Source: Gnetum montanum
Taxonomy: Eukaryota; Plantae; Gnetophyta
DNA: 64,000 bases
Direction of reading: 5' to 3'
NCBI GenBank assembly: GCA_015680685.1
Contig: MNCI01003226.1
Coordinates: forward strand, 1-64,000
Part shown: positions 48,101 to 62,413 of the stretch, piece after piece
Layout of the letters: the number at the start of each line of letters is the position of its first letter
How positions within the stretch are numbered: the first letter of the stretch is position 1
The notes under the pieces: model-generated
Told to the model about the DNA's origin: nothing
The model's database searches: none
Seen by the model: only the letters and a program-made list of their open reading frames with translations
Program-made: the position numbers and the translations under genes

Positions 48101-51074
48101 TAAACGCAATTGTGTGCTGTCTTTAGTAGTTATATATGCAAACTCAATTCTTTCATTTGCTCAGATATATCATAGTGTGATGGTGAAACAATTGTGCATT
48201 TTAAGGGCATATTTTAATTGTTTACATGTAATAAGTAGTAAATTAAACTTCTACATTTGATTTCGGGGTCTGGTTTTCTTATATGGTTAATTCACTTGTA
48301 CAAGGAATTAGAGGTTCTATGCTTGCTGAACTACAAGGAACCATTTTTAAATGAATAGCTAATGCAATAATGACTTTCTCGTGGCTTACAAAGACGTAAA
48401 TTTGTGCTCTACAATCTGGATGATCTTTTTATTTTGGAAAATACTTAGTTGCCTGTAATCTTTTTAAGTTTTTCTTTTTCTTTTTTAAGGTAATGTAACT
48501 CAAACGGTTGAGACAAGTAAGGTCACATAATCAAATAACTTAGTATTTGTGTGGAAACATACAATCTGTATGCTTAGCACTATGCTTGGTACTACTAAAG
48601 GAAATCCAGTCCAAGCAGTGTGAATCTATATTTTGGTATGCAACATGTTGATAGTTACAAAACATAAATATATCAGAATGAGGCTAACAAGGTATTAATA
48701 TGGTGCCTACAATATGGACTAACCTGTTGGGATATGTGAATGCTTTGGTAATAATTTTCTATGACTGGCTGTTTATCTGATGATGGAATCCTTTAATATC
48801 TATTTTTACCATGCCTCTAGGTAGCATGTGTCAGCATTGCCCTGTTGGGTTCACCCTTGTGACTTGCACAACCACAACTCTCCTACTCTTAGGTAAGCTA
48901 TGCTACAACACAATTGGTGGATAACATTGGAGTTAGAACCAAAATTTAAAACGTATAATATATGAAATATGAAGGCAAATAGCATGAAAACCATGGCCTG
49001 TCTGTGAACTCCGTGGAAGAAGTAGAATTGTGACCCAAGAAGTAGCACAAGAAACTATGTATAAGAAGATGGTACCAAAGCTTGGTGAATAAATACATTC
49101 TGTAAAAAGTGTTGTGTTAACATTACAAAAACCTTGTATAAGTTGCAATCAAATAATACCTTACGCACAGTATGCTAACTAGCGTGAAGTGAGGGGTTGA
49201 GCCTGAAGAAACTGGTGAGCTAAAGTTGCTTGCTTTCAGAATCATTCTTCCCACAACTAACAGGTGATGCATGGAAGCATATCTGCTCTGCTATATCTCT
49301 TCAAGTGTCTAAAGCTAAATCTTGGTTTCACTTAAATAATTTTCATTGCTCAACTTTAAACATAAGGTGAATATGCAATTAGAGGATTGTCATTGGAAAA
49401 TTGTTTTTCATAGAGTTTGGAGCTCAAAGGCATAACCAATATCAATTTCCTTTCTGGTCCTTGATTCATTAGGGTTTTTCCATTAGACACAGGATTCACC
49501 TCTTAGGAGTTCAGTTTCCTAGATGTGCTATATGTCAAATAGAAGATTCATTCACTCATGTTTTTTGGGAGTGCCCATTTTCTAAACATATTTGGGATTG
49601 GTGCCATTCCCTTCAAATTTTTCATTAGAATCAGTCTATTACATTTCCTCACTACATTTTTAAAGGTGATTGCACTATTCAATGCTTTCAAAAGGGTTCA
49701 AAGATCCTACTTTTTGAGATTATTTTGTTCATATGGAAATGCAGATTAAATGTATGGTACCAAAACATGAGATACACTACTTTTGATTATGATATGAAGT
49801 GCTCTATTACCATTTTAGTCCAAATTCAATGTCATGTGGCACGCTATGAAAACCATATAAAGTTGTTTTATTAAGTGTGGATTGTTGGAGTTTTTTAAAT
49901 TTTAGCAGCAATTGTTCTAGGGGACGCAATTTGCTTTGCTGTTTTTTTATTACAAGTGACTTGGGGTGTCACTTTATAACCTTTGTACTCTGTTAAGGTT
50001 ATTATAGTTCAAAAGGTTTACTTGCTTCGCTTTTATTGTTACATCAGTTTTGTATTGCATCTGAGGCTGCCATACAAAATGTTTGGACTTATTGTAGACA
50101 AAAATGTGCTAAGTTTTAAAGAATTTTCTTTTGGTATTCTTTGGTAAGAATTTAAGCCTCTCATTTTCTAGTGCACTGCCAGTCTGAACAGCAGATGTAG
50201 CAGTGGATCATGCAACTTTGCTGATATACTCGACTGCCTAGCATTCAAAGAAATATATACAACTGCTTTGCCATAATCAAAGCTAACTAGAATTCCAATA
50301 GAATCTACTATAACCCTAGTTGACATACATTTTTAAATAGTTCCTGTATCTTCTTGATTGATGTTATGGTTAAATTACGTACGTTTCATAGTTTGTATCT
50401 TCAGTTGAACATTGGTTAGGAATTGTTACCTGCGCCACAGGCATATTGTGCGCTTGTTTATGTTATCTTTGGTACCATGCATGCTTATATATTTTAATCT
50501 GTATTAAACTTTAGGCAATAACATATACAATGAATATGTTGAAATTGTGTGTGTGAGGTTTTAATATATATTGCATTTTGTAGATAATAGTTAATAAATC
50601 ACGTGCTGAATGCCATCTCTTGGTCTCCAAAGTTCCAATTCAAGTTGCTCAAATTGAGGAAGTTCCAAAGATCACATCCGACATTGAAGACATGTTGACA
50701 GTTAATCATAAAGTTGTTTTTGAACCAGAAAAGCCACAGTGCTTTGTTTCAAATGTTGGGCCTTTCTGGGAGTTAACTGTTAGCTGTAATGTAATGCCTA
50801 TGGTAAGCTCATTTTGTTCGAATTAAAGGCTCAATGCTAGCAGTATATTTCTTCTCTGATGTGCTAAAGAGAGCATTTTTACTGTGAATTTATTCTCAGC
50901 ATGTTTTTATGATTGCTCCAATGCTCTCTGTATGTTAGTGCTCAACTTTTGAATTGTTTTGAAATGCAGAGCAAAAGTGATCTTCATTCAACAAAACAGC
51001 AAATGCTTTTAGAGGCAGTCAAAATAATAAAAAAGCACGGAGCTGAGATTTCAAGTAATTCACCCTATGCCTAA
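45120..51074 (+). CDS. MSL1: mechanosensitive channel of small conductance-like protein, mitochondrial MSL1 type. Exons 45120-45889, 46477-46742, 47660-47760, 47868-47975, 50584-50802, 50970-51074
   Basis: Transit-peptide-like N-terminus; YEKSFWGALEDPVRYL, AEASGVAVQSVLTVGGVGGIAAAIAARDLLGN, QPFSVGDTIKAGSIEGKVIEIGLTTT, PNSFLASQIIVNKSRA. GT-AG introns in frame. Confidence 0.92.
46121..46320 (-). mobile_element. 3' fragment of RTE-X-like LINE in an MSL1 intron
   Basis: FRLRSHHFRIKDGRW...CRLCGLGDLEDEHCIFLKCP, the C-terminal zinc-finger-like motif of LINE ORF2. Confidence 0.75.
46880..47022 (+). mobile_element. RTE LINE 3' tail remnant
   Basis: GAATGATGAAAAAGAACTCATGCTAACCCC...TGATGATGAT, similar to 44430-44500. 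Confidence 0.6.
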
Positions 51075-52529
51075 AGCGTTGCACAAACGTACAGGAAATC
51101 AAAACTCTGAAAATCAGTTTTTGATTTTGCCAGTCTAAAGATTCAGACGGAATGCTTTGGTATCTACCTCTTTGTTGGATTGTCATCGGAATAGAGCAAA
51201 TGATATATTTATTCCAATCCCTCTTTTAATGCCTATTCAACCGAATGATTATTGTGGAAATTAATCACATGAAGATCTTGTTATTTGATCTTCTGTGACA
51301 ATTTAGAGTGAAATCCAAAATTTTTATTGCTACCATCATGGGTTGTTTCCAACATGGTAAATGTTATCAAAACCTTGTTATGCAAGTATCTGACAACGCA
51401 TACACATGAACAACAAAAAATTATGAAAATGAACGGTTTGGAGTGTGTACCTTTTGCTTTCTCGAATAGAAACCACGCATTTTTGAAAAAATAAAGGTTT
51501 TAATGTGTTTTTCCTAGCCTCTGAAAATTATACACATGATGCATTTTTAAATTAAATGTATGATACGGTCCACAATGCGGTAAATCAAAGTCAAAGTAAG
51601 CGATTAATAAGTATTGCAGCACCTTGAGCCTAGGAAAAACAGAACAAAGATGAAAACCAGTAAAAAGATTTAAAGATTTATCATTGCTCATTTACTCTAC
51701 GGAACGTATGGACATGGGAAAATAATGCAGATTTCTTTCTTTAGTATAGAGGTTGCATTTTCAAATAAGATAAAGGCATGAACAATTTTCTTTTCTCAAA
51801 ATCCAGCTTCACAATGACATGGTCATCATATAACTAAAAGAAACGGATTTAAAAGAGACAAGCGTGCATCGTCATCATTATAGCTTTAGCCCAACTTCTT
51901 TGCTGCGATCCATTTTTATCAATAGTTAAATTAATATTAATACGTGGAGGCTTTGTCAAGACAAAAACAGTAAAATCAGGTTGTATAACAAATGTGTTCG
52001 ATATTCATGCAGTTTGAACACTAATTCTGTATAATAGTTAATTTGGGATTATTTTTATATTTTTGTAGACGAAGAATATTTTGATCTGTTGGTTTTCTTC
52101 TTTCTTAATTTTTTAATAAATAAATAAATAACGTATTAATAAAATAAGATTTCGAGTACAATAAGATTGCTTCTGGAATGTTAATGACAAGTTGAGATGA
52201 TAGGTTCACATGTTTAATGAAGTTTAAAAGTTAAATAATCACCTCCATGTATTAATCTAATCCTAATTTTAGAAATAACAATTATAATGACATTGGTGGT
52301 GAAGTCTTATTTTAGATATCTAATTATCTTTATGATTTTTCACTCGCTAGGTACCATACATTATCTAGATTTGGAAAAGTTCTGACTTTGATCCTCTCAA
52401 ATTTGAAAGTTCACATGTCCCAACAAAGCACTCTAAATTCTATTAATGTGTTGAGTTCTACCAATCCAAATTTAAGCTAATGCAAGATCTTGGATAGATT
52501 TTAGCATAATGAAACTGAAATTGAATTTT

Positions 52530-54150
52530 TAACTTACTTCCATTGAGACCTTATGTAGTAAAGTAGTTTCCCTTTTGCAAAATTTTTTTAATTTGTAACT
52601 ATGATTGGAAATAGCCTTGTCAAACTCTTACTTTATGTTGACAATATTGTTTTAATTTACAACTCAATGGCAGGGTTGCAACAAATGCTTAGTGCTCTTG
52701 ATGACTTTTGTTAGTATTCAAGAATAAAAGTTAAAAGTACAAAAAAAACCAAAAGCATGATTTGTGATACTCATAATGAGACAGACAATTTCACTATAGG
52801 AAATGAGGAAGTGGACATAACCTCATCTTATAAATATTTTTCCTAAAATGTTGTTGCAATTACAAATTGGATCAATGCATTGTTCAAAAAAGTTACAAGT
52901 AGTATGAAAGCCTTTGATGCCCAAAAAAGAAAATGCAAATAGAATAAAACAAATGTAAGAAAGAATCTATTTTGGCTTGGGATATCTAAAAGTAATCCTA
53001 TCGTGTCATTGTCTAACCAATAATAAGGTGTTAAGCTTAGTGATAAGACTTTGATTGAAAGCTACAAGTCATCAGTTTAATTCTAGTGGGCAATACTAAG
53101 TTATAAAGTTCTAAGTGGACTATATATCTTGGGGTGTATCTATATTATAATTATTTCGAGGTTCCAACACCTCCCAACCCCAACCCACCCCTCATTATCC
53201 AACCAACTATTTTTTTAATGGGTATGTTGTATGAGACGTTCATCAAGAAATTTAAAAGCATTTCCTACTTGAAGAGTTAGACATAGTAAGCATGATGTTA
53301 CACTTCTTAAAGCAAAGTTAAAGCTATTTGTAAATTTATACCCATATTGATAATCTTAGTTTATAGCATACATTCATAATCTTTCTAAATTCCCATTGGA
53401 TAAATACTACTTTAAAAAAGTGATGTTGGCAACCCAAGAAAAACATGAAAGAGTTCTCACGTGTGCAAAATGGTGAAACAAAGAATATTTCAAAAACTTT
53501 AGGAAAATGTAGATAAAAAGAAATAATTCTATTTGTATGATATAAAGAAAGGCTTTAATGCAAAGGCAAACCATTTATCTATTACTATGCCTTATCATTT
53601 GCAAATGGGATCCCATCATATCATATCACCGTTAGCATAATTAGCAAAGCACAAAGAGAAGCATGAAAAGGGATATCATCATGTCACGATTAGCAAATGC
53701 TATATGCACACTAGGCAAAGCACAAACAAAATGGGATCTCATTTAGCAAAGCATGAATGAGATCTTATCAAACTTGAAAACTAAGAGTTTGAAGACTTAA
53801 AATGGAACCTCATCATGTAAGAACAAAGAGTTGAAACAAGTAAAAAGCTAAAATGAAATTATTGAGGGAAGGGTACACACATGCTCTTTACAATAACCAA
53901 GATTTGCAAGTAAACACAGTGAAACTTCACTTCTTGAAAAAAATAGTTATGCTATAATGTTATGTGGAGTAGAGAATAGAGAGTTGAATTGAAACAAGTA
54001 GATGAGAACAAAAATGAGTTAAACAAGTAGGTGGCTCAAATTTCCCATGGAAGAACTCCAACCATGCAAAGATGACCACCAACACCATTAGTATACATTC
54101 GACATGAGTGGAATATTATAGTTGTTAATGTTAGTGTATAATGTATAATG
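52530..54150 (+). mobile_element. decayed 5'-truncated RTE-X-like LINE (RT core remnant plus C-terminus), interrupted by a SINE
   Basis: LYVDNIVLI (decayed YxDD) at 52631, then GLQQMLSALDDFC. Downstream similarity to 3590-4200. Confidence 0.65.
53021..53191 (+). mobile_element. tRNA-derived SINE-like element
   Basis: A-box-like AGCTTAGTG and B-box-like AGTTTAATTC. ~15-bp TSD TCATTGTCTAACCAA/TCATTATCCAACCAA. Second copy at ~63900-64000. Confidence 0.7.
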
Positions 54151-54539
54151 CAAGCTATGATACAACATGAAGACAAGGAGCTAAAGACATGAATTCATTT
54201 TGTAGCTTTTCTTTACTTAAAGCCAAAATAAATAATTTTTCTATTTTATGAATTGATAACTAAATGTGCTCTTTCTTGACCCCAATTCATTCCTAAGTTC
54301 TCCAAATTCATTCATTTTTACATTGAGAAATGACTCTTCAATGGCCCCTATAGCCCAAATATTTTTATAAATTCTAGGGCCATTCTATGCTGTAATGCTT
54401 TGCTTTAAACTGAATAAAGATTGATTAAAAAAATTCACTCTCTTACCCTTTCATCTTCTTTTTTCAAGCTATGTTCTAGTTTGAGCATTGATCAACTTTG
54501 TTCTTAATTATCAATATTCATCAACATCTCCAATAGATC

Positions 54540-54650
54540 TAGATCAACATCTCCAAATGGTGAAAAAGAACTCAAGTAACCAATCCCCTTTTGTTGAGAT
54601 AAGGGCCAACCTCATTTTGTTGGGACAAAGCTAGGATGATGATCATCATC
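54540..54650 (+). mobile_element. short RTE tail insertion
   Basis: AATGGTGAAAAAGAACTCA...CATTTTGTTGGGACAAAGCTAGGATGATGAT, flanked by repeated CATCTCCAATAG. Confidence 0.65.
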
Positions 54651-55677
54651 ATCTCCAATAGTCATCAACTTCAACATTTGCCATCATCATCTATATCAAG
54701 TATTTTAACATTTGCCAACATCTCTATTCACCAATATCGTCAAGTATTCTAATCAAGATCGACAGGGACCACACTTAAAGTGATGGTAATGTACTTTTCT
54801 CAAGTCTCCTAAGGCACTTGTTTCTCAAGTCATTAAACCTGGGCTTAAGCTTGGGTAAGCTTGGACATAGCTACTTGAGACAAGTTAACCTTTCACTCAT
54901 CCACTACCCTTCCCTTTGAGACAAGTGAGGATCCCCTTTATTCTAATTAGAATCAACAATCATTTCATCACAAATCCAATTCAAACCGGTCAAGACTTCA
55001 TCACAAGCAACATTATCAATCAAATTCACTCCAAAACCCAATTCCCAAATTTCATTATTTTCATCATATTTTAAACAGATTTTTTTAGAAATTAACTCCA
55101 TACAGTCATCTCATCACATCCTAGAATAGTTACAATCCAAATATTACTAAGAACCCTTGCAGTTTTCTTGAGGAAATTTTCAGAACTCATAAAATGTACA
55201 CTTCTACTCCATGATCCATGGACATGTTTCACAATGAAAACAAGAATACAAGCCCTAAACTAATTTCTCAATTAGTTCCTTTCCCTTGCTGCAGCAAATT
55301 TTCTGCATGGAAACGAAATATCCATCTTTGTGGAAAAAAAATTTAAATCAATTCTACGGTCAGTGCATATGTGTCTGTTTATACAAAGTCCATAATCTAT
55401 TTGCAAATCATACTGTGATGGTGTACTTCAAATCGATGAATGCGTAATGCCAATGATGCTAAACCTTCAAAGACTAGAATGATCCTGCCAATTCAAACAT
55501 TCTAAAACGACCATGATTTCAATTTCATCGTTAGAGATGAAAATTCTTCACTTCATTCATAATTTGTCTGCATTACATTGAATTGAAATTTGATAGATTT
55601 TTCTTAACAAAAAAACTTAGAATTCAATCAACAATAGACAACCATCGCAAGATCGCGTCGGTATAATTGACAGTCAT

Positions 55678-58600
55678 TTAAACAGAATCAGATCCTTTTT
55701 GAATTGGACTGTCGCTTTCTGATATTCCACCACGGGATGATGCCGATGATGCATCCTGTGAATTCCCAGGCAGCCGTAGGCTGCTCAAATTTCTCAACCA
55801 AGAACCTGATAAGACTCCAGTACCAGATTTTTGAGCTTGACTAGAACCTTGACTCTCAGAGGCGTTTGCTGAAGGCATGGTTCCAACAAGGAAGCGATAT
55901 GCAACTTTGCTAGCAGATATTATCTCAGTTTTGGCCTGTCTTAACTGAAAATTAAACACAAACCGAACAAGTTTTGAGCAACAAGGTTTCAGAAATATCG
56001 CACCAAGTAAACAGAGTGGCTAAATAAATAATGAATGCAGTATTCCCATTTCACAACCTACTAAGAAGTAACTCAGTTAATCACGTAGTTTTTAGACAGA
56101 ATGTAACATTAGTGTTTCAATCTCACAAAGTATGTATTAATTAAACTATAATGACCCAAATTATCAATTCCAACATATTGCATGTGACCCCAAAACAATT
56201 CTAAAATATGCTTAGTTTTTTCACATCCACGTTGAGACCCGGGCAAAAATTAGTCTCCGTCATGTCTTTTATATAATCTCTATATATCTTAGTGTAACCT
56301 GATGGGATTGAACCTCTTATCTTGTAGGATCCAAGTCACAAGCTTTACCAAAGCCCAGGCTAGACCGCATTACCTGCTGACGTACACACCGACAAAACAT
56401 TCATAGTTTTGTATCATTGAAAGCACAGTAACTTCTACAAATTTGTAATGAAAACATACAAGGGATAGTTAAAAGTCTCAAGACTTCCACAACATTGGTT
56501 TTGTGCCAAGGTTAGAATTATATAACTAATGCAAATAGAACTTTAAAAAGTGAGATAGAGATATCAAAAACCTCTCTTCAAAATGATAAATTCGAGTAAT
56601 GACAATATATGAAACTTGTGCTCCATGTTAATGTTTCTCATTTTTAAAACTTGGTTTTACCTTTTTAGCATGTCCACTCTGCCTTTTGGATATTAGAATC
56701 ATCTTTAATTTACTATTAACTCAATACAATATTAATATTTTTTATTTTATTGATGTATACTCTACCAATAGTATGTTGACCACAAGGGAGTAACTTGCAA
56801 ATTTGAGTGGAAAGTCAATAATCACATTCATATCGGTGGGTTACCATAACAGAAGTTATTTCCAAGGGAACTAGCAACATTAAATCTGTTAAACTATCTG
56901 GCATTTATCTTAAAATTATAGAGATACATTTAACAGATCACCTTAACAGCTGTGGTTTCAGCAACCTCAAAGGCAGTATCACCCGCATTTGCAAAACGGT
57001 TGATCCAGGCTGCACATGTCAGAAGATATACATCAGTACATGGAACCAATGATGATCATATTCCATACATGACTTAATATACTGAATAAAAGCTTATTTT
57101 AAAGGGCCCCACCGAGAAGCAAACAAAAATAAAATTTGCCAACAAGACTACTAATTTATTGGAAGGATAAATATTAGCATCAGAACCAATATGTTCAACA
57201 TTATTTTAATTATTTATCTTTATCTATGACCGATTTATTAACATTATCTCAGAGAAGAAGTTATGCATACGCAAATAAAAGAATCACTTCAAAGTCAACC
57301 ACACACAAACATGCTAGAGCTTCCAAATACTCTGAGATCATCCTCCCTGATGCTATAGGATTCTATTCATAAGAAAGCTCTGGAAATTTCCTGTTATTTA
57401 TTAAATATTCTCCCTTGCACAAGGCCCAGAATTCTAGCAAAATGATAATAACGTTTCTAGAGCTTTCATAAAAAGTAACAATTACACCAAGTCATTCCTT
57501 CAAAACAATTCATAAGAAAGGTCTGGAAATTTCCTGTCATATATTAAATGTTCTCCCTTGCACAAGGCCTAAAATTCCAGCAAAATGATAATAATGCTTC
57601 TAGAACTTTCTAAAGAGTTACAATTACACCAAGTCATTCCTTCAAAACAATATGTACCAACCTTGTAAATCATTATATTTCCTTTATCCTTTATTCAAGA
57701 TTTATGTTACAAAAGTATTAATATCTTTTGATATCATTATCCACTTTCTTATGGTTCATATTCACATGCTGTCTGGGTTGTCTGTTTTCAAAATACTCAT
57801 ATGGTTCCTCCAGGGTCATTGATCTGAACAATTAAGAGTTTTTCATAGATCTATGTAACCAGCTAAAATACTTTTACAAAAGCTCTCTCATATATTGATT
57901 CTTGATAGGGAGTCTAGCTTATGAAACTGAGGTGTATGGAATCTAAATTGTTATTTTTCATTTAACAGTATTAAAACTGATCCAAGGAGAGTATTTGTGC
58001 CAGGAACTCGTGATTAATTCCATCAACTTTAATAAAGTGTAAGGACTCCACTGCTATACTCATATGTTAAATAAAAACATTTCCACTCAATTGGGCAATT
58101 CCCTCCAATTCATAACCTGAAACTTATTCAATGGTTCATATTGGAAGCTTCCATCTTCAAGTACACACCCAAATAATGAATCCAAAAACCTATCTCAAAA
58201 TAATACAAATCACCTCGGATTAAGAATGTAAACCAATAGCTGCAATAGCAGGAATAGTGGCACCATACCCTACTCTAGCACATGTAAAACCCACCAAAGC
58301 TGAACCTCACCAGACTAAGGTTCTAATACCCATAAAAATTAGTGATCCAGGCTTTTCTAATCTGAATCATAATATGCCACAGGCACGTACTCTCCAACAC
58401 ATCTTCGAATTCTTGCTTTACCAGGATAGTCAAACCTCTTGCCCTCGTACTCATCTATCTGCTCACTTTCTATTAGCCTTGTCTTTTCTAAAGCAACTAA
58501 GCCATCTGAACGTGGTACCAAATATCTATCAGGACTTTCATTTTAAAATGAGCATTATCAAGTGTTTTTTAACTTGCCAGGATCATTGCAACTAACCAGC

Positions 58601-61600
58601 CTAACCAACCCAATATGTCCACAGATGACTAAGTTAACTTGCTAACACGTTTTCCAATTTCTTAAATATTGTTATCGTGCAACCTCTAAATCCACACTTC
58701 CCATTTATTTTTCTTGAGCATTAAATGAAGGCTTTCTGCTTGCCCCTAGCAGTTCCTTCTCCTATAGCTGTCTTATGGGACCTACCCAGTTCTAATGGAA
58801 AACTCACTGCATATGACTAGATTTCCCTACCTTTTATTCTTCTTGTTTTTTCACCTCTTCTGATGCTGTCAACAACAAAGTCATTAAAGAATCAGATGAG
58901 TACCCTAACTCACTGACTAGAAACACCTAATTAACCTCTTATCCTAGATCTAAAACAATGAAACTATATTAACCTTGCTAACCAATCAGGGACATTTTGT
59001 AGTCATTGTGGGACTTTCCCAACCTACCGCTTCTCCTGTCTCTACTCCTATTATGAAACATTGTCTTCCTTTGCCAACATCAATATGGCATTCAATAAAT
59101 CATTTCTATCCCTATGAACATTCTAGCAACAGTGCCTTCAAGTAACCTTGTCAACCAATCAGAGACATTTTATAGTCCTTAATTTAAGCCTTGGTGTGGC
59201 ATCGCCCTCTGCATCAACCAGGGGCTGCTCTGGACAACTTGCCCTTGCAACTTCCTCTAAATCCTATAGCAAATAACCTGCACTCCAGTCTCCTAGAACT
59301 TCAGCCCATACCTCAGTGTCTTTGTCCACGGCAGCAATGCACTACCACAATAAGCTGCATACCCACCTAATAAAAGGACCCCTAGCCATCCTGACCCAGG
59401 ACCTAGAAGCAGTTATGCTGCTGGAAATCCAACCCTGCTGGTGCACACTGCATACACTATTGTCAAAGCCTAACGGCACCCACCACTCCTGCTATGCGGT
59501 CAAATAGCCCTCTACTTAACCTTTTATCTTTGTTGGGTGGACTTGTAAATTAGGAGTCTATACCTCCTTTGCCAGATTCTTAGCCTGTACCCTCCATGAC
59601 AGAGCTAGCCTGCAACTTAGGAAGATATTCATCCTGCCTGCAAAGCTGTAAAGGCAAGACTGCAATTGGACCTGCAAGCTTTACAAGACTGCTTTAATTG
59701 AACCTTTAACCTCTAACTGTTGCTGATTAAGCTTCAATCTAAAATATATAATCTTGGAAACATAGATTTTTTAGACAATGTCCACATCATCAAGCTCCTT
59801 CGCCATTGTGGAAGCCTATTACTTGTTAAGACAAATAACAGGAACCAGTTTATTTAAAAATAACTTACCAGATCTGATGGTAACAAGCGAAACTTCAAAT
59901 AAACATATCAAATCTCTCATATATTGTACTACTTCCTACGGCACTTATTCTCTCTATCAGAGCTCTCCAGCCTTTCTTAAGTTTCATTATCCTTAACATA
60001 GGAAAGCACCTCTGCATCAATTTGATCTTTGATTGGTGGAAGTTCCATTGATGATCTTCCAAATATGCATGCTAGAAGTCATCAACACAAAATTGTCATC
60101 ATCATCATAATTTATAGCCTTAATAGGTGATGATATTATTAGTTCTCTTAGGCAAATCTTCTTGTCCATGTGTGTCTAGTAGGATTCAATCAATGATATT
60201 TTAAGAATATTTATCCTAACTCACAAGCACCATGTGTAAAGAGAAAAATTATAATGCTCATGAATTGCATAGAATCATCAGCCAAGATAAACAATAAACT
60301 TTCCTTAAAAGCTGCTTTTTAAAATTACATTTACATGTTTTCAGTGTTAAGAAAATTACATTTTTAATTACAAATCTAGCAAACATGCAAACATTGAGCA
60401 AATCTAGCAAACATTTAGGGGATGAAAGAATAAATGGAAAGCTTTTTCACATGATACTGACTGCTTGAATATCTTAAACAATATCTATATAAATTAATGT
60501 ATTGTTGTTTTAAAACTTTAATGACCATATTTTGCCATGTTTTGTTTCTTACAACAGGTTCAAATCTTCACTAGGTTTATTTTCAGCGGTGAGGAATGAA
60601 ATATATGGAAAAGTTTATATTTATATGTGCGTCAGTTTATCATTGCAATAGTTGGATAGCCATTTTTTAAATTTTATTTCATAAGTTTTATATGGGCTAA
60701 ATCTAATCGCAGACTACTTAAGCACAACTGGTAAGGTGTATTATTATTATTATTATAACAATTAGTTTACTATTTAGGTTTTTAGCTAGGCCCTTTCTAG
60801 TTTATTCATTTCAAGTAAACTAATGAAGAATCCTCTTTAGGTTATGTAATCCTACGAAACACTTCCAAACTTTTGCGTTATCTTATCTTTCTGCTATTTA
60901 AAATTTCAATTTTAACAATTAATTAACATCACCGTATTATTTGTATTTTCGTGTTAATAAAATTTTCATTCATCTGTTCACAAAAAAAGTTACATTTGTC
61001 TATCCCACTAGCGTCATTTAATTAGCATACATATATTTATCTCATCTTGTTTAAGGTTGCTCAACATCATCTCATCTATAAAGCCTGTTATTATCTCACA
61101 GATAAGTTACTTGTAAATCAGGTGTACAATGGTTAAATACCTTAACAAACAAAATAAGTCCCAAATACTCATATTAAGTTGCACATATCAAAACTTAAAA
61201 CATAACAGTAAACAGCACAGCTTTCATCGCCAACTTACGAGGAAGCTTTTGTACACCAAGCTTTTTGCAAAAAACATCACAGAAATGGTTGCAATTCTTG
61301 GCCAACAAGTCATAAGAACAACCATGCCACTCATCGCCAAGATCTGTTAAAATCTGCGACACCTTGTCTGCTGACAGGTCTATATATCCAAGGACAATGC
61401 TTTCCCGATAAGTATACATAGGATTCTTTTTAGGGGGGCAACAGAAAACCCCTGTTCCATTTTCACAGAAGCCAAATGACCATTCTTCTCCATACACCTA
61501 CAGAAAGTAATAATAATACTTAAAAAGATATCATACACAGTTCATCTTACTGCTACAAACCAGATATGGCAACATACTAAATCCCAAATATGATCAGATT

Positions 61601-62413
61601 TCATAAATTGGGACAAATGATTTCAATATGTTCCTATCAGTTTGTAGTTTCAATAGCAGAAAATTTAAAAAGTGTACATCCATAGCAGGCATATTATTAT
61701 TATTATTATTATTATTTGCCAGACTTTTCGAATCATATTATTATCATCAGTTTCGATTGATTCGCTTCTCCTTTTTTTTTCTCAATTTTCTTAAGGATTA
61801 GAGAAGACGTGAATCGAAGCCACTAAAGAAGTTTGAGGGAAGAAGAAGACGTGTCTTACAAATTTATGTGGATCCTTTCAACTAGACTATACATGAATAG
61901 TAGTTCCTATGTTATATTACCGTATCCATGCAATGTGTAAACAACCTAATAAAACTGAGGAACAACCTAAAGAAGGAACCGCATACGTACCAGAATAATG
62001 TACAAGTTCACAGAAAATATCACTGAGGATCCAAAGATCAAAGAGTATACAAAGAAAACCAAGATTTATCATTCTGACTGCCCTTATTTAACGTCTGGAT
62101 TTCAAAAGATGCACACTTAACCCTGTATAAAGTACGCCCTTCCCAAGAGTATCCATCAACTATAATTGAATTTGGGCTTCTCTTGCCATCGCTATCTGAA
62201 TGAGTGACATATAAGCCCTAGCAGATACGACAGACTATTTTTTTCAAAGAAAAATAAAGGGAAATAACTACAACGGACCTCTACAGCGCTGTGAAACACT
62301 CCGCCAAGACCGATGGCATCCTTCATGATCCTATTCAGTTGAACGATCGCCGAGTTTGTCTTGGTCGAGGCACTATTAGTCACATCATATATGTGAAGAA
62401 CTATCTCCGACAT
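55678..62413 (-). CDS. DeSI-like / PPPDE thiol peptidase. Exons 62413-62279, 61497-61239, 57009-56942, 55944-55678
   Basis: VLHIYDVT, GGVFHSAVEVYGEEWSFG (catalytic His), YDLLAKNCNHFC (catalytic Cys), PWINRFANAGD. GT-AG junctions in frame. Confidence 0.94.
56220..56366 (-). mobile_element. tRNA-derived SINE-like remnant in last DeSI intron
   Basis: Minus strand GGGCTTTGGTAAAGC...GAGGTTCAATCCC (A/B-box-like), then ACACTAAGATATATAG resembling the 53021 SINE body. Confidence 0.45.
57365..57649. repeat. tandem duplication, 2 x ~143 bp, in DeSI intron
   Basis: ATTCATAAGAAAG...GTCATTCCTTCAAAACA at 57365-57507 and 57508-57649. Confidence 0.9.

Noticed and set aside
56292-56366. Possible tRNA gene (also 53025-53090, 63900-63945)
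   Set aside because: No complete cloverleaf could be folded; better explained as SINE heads.
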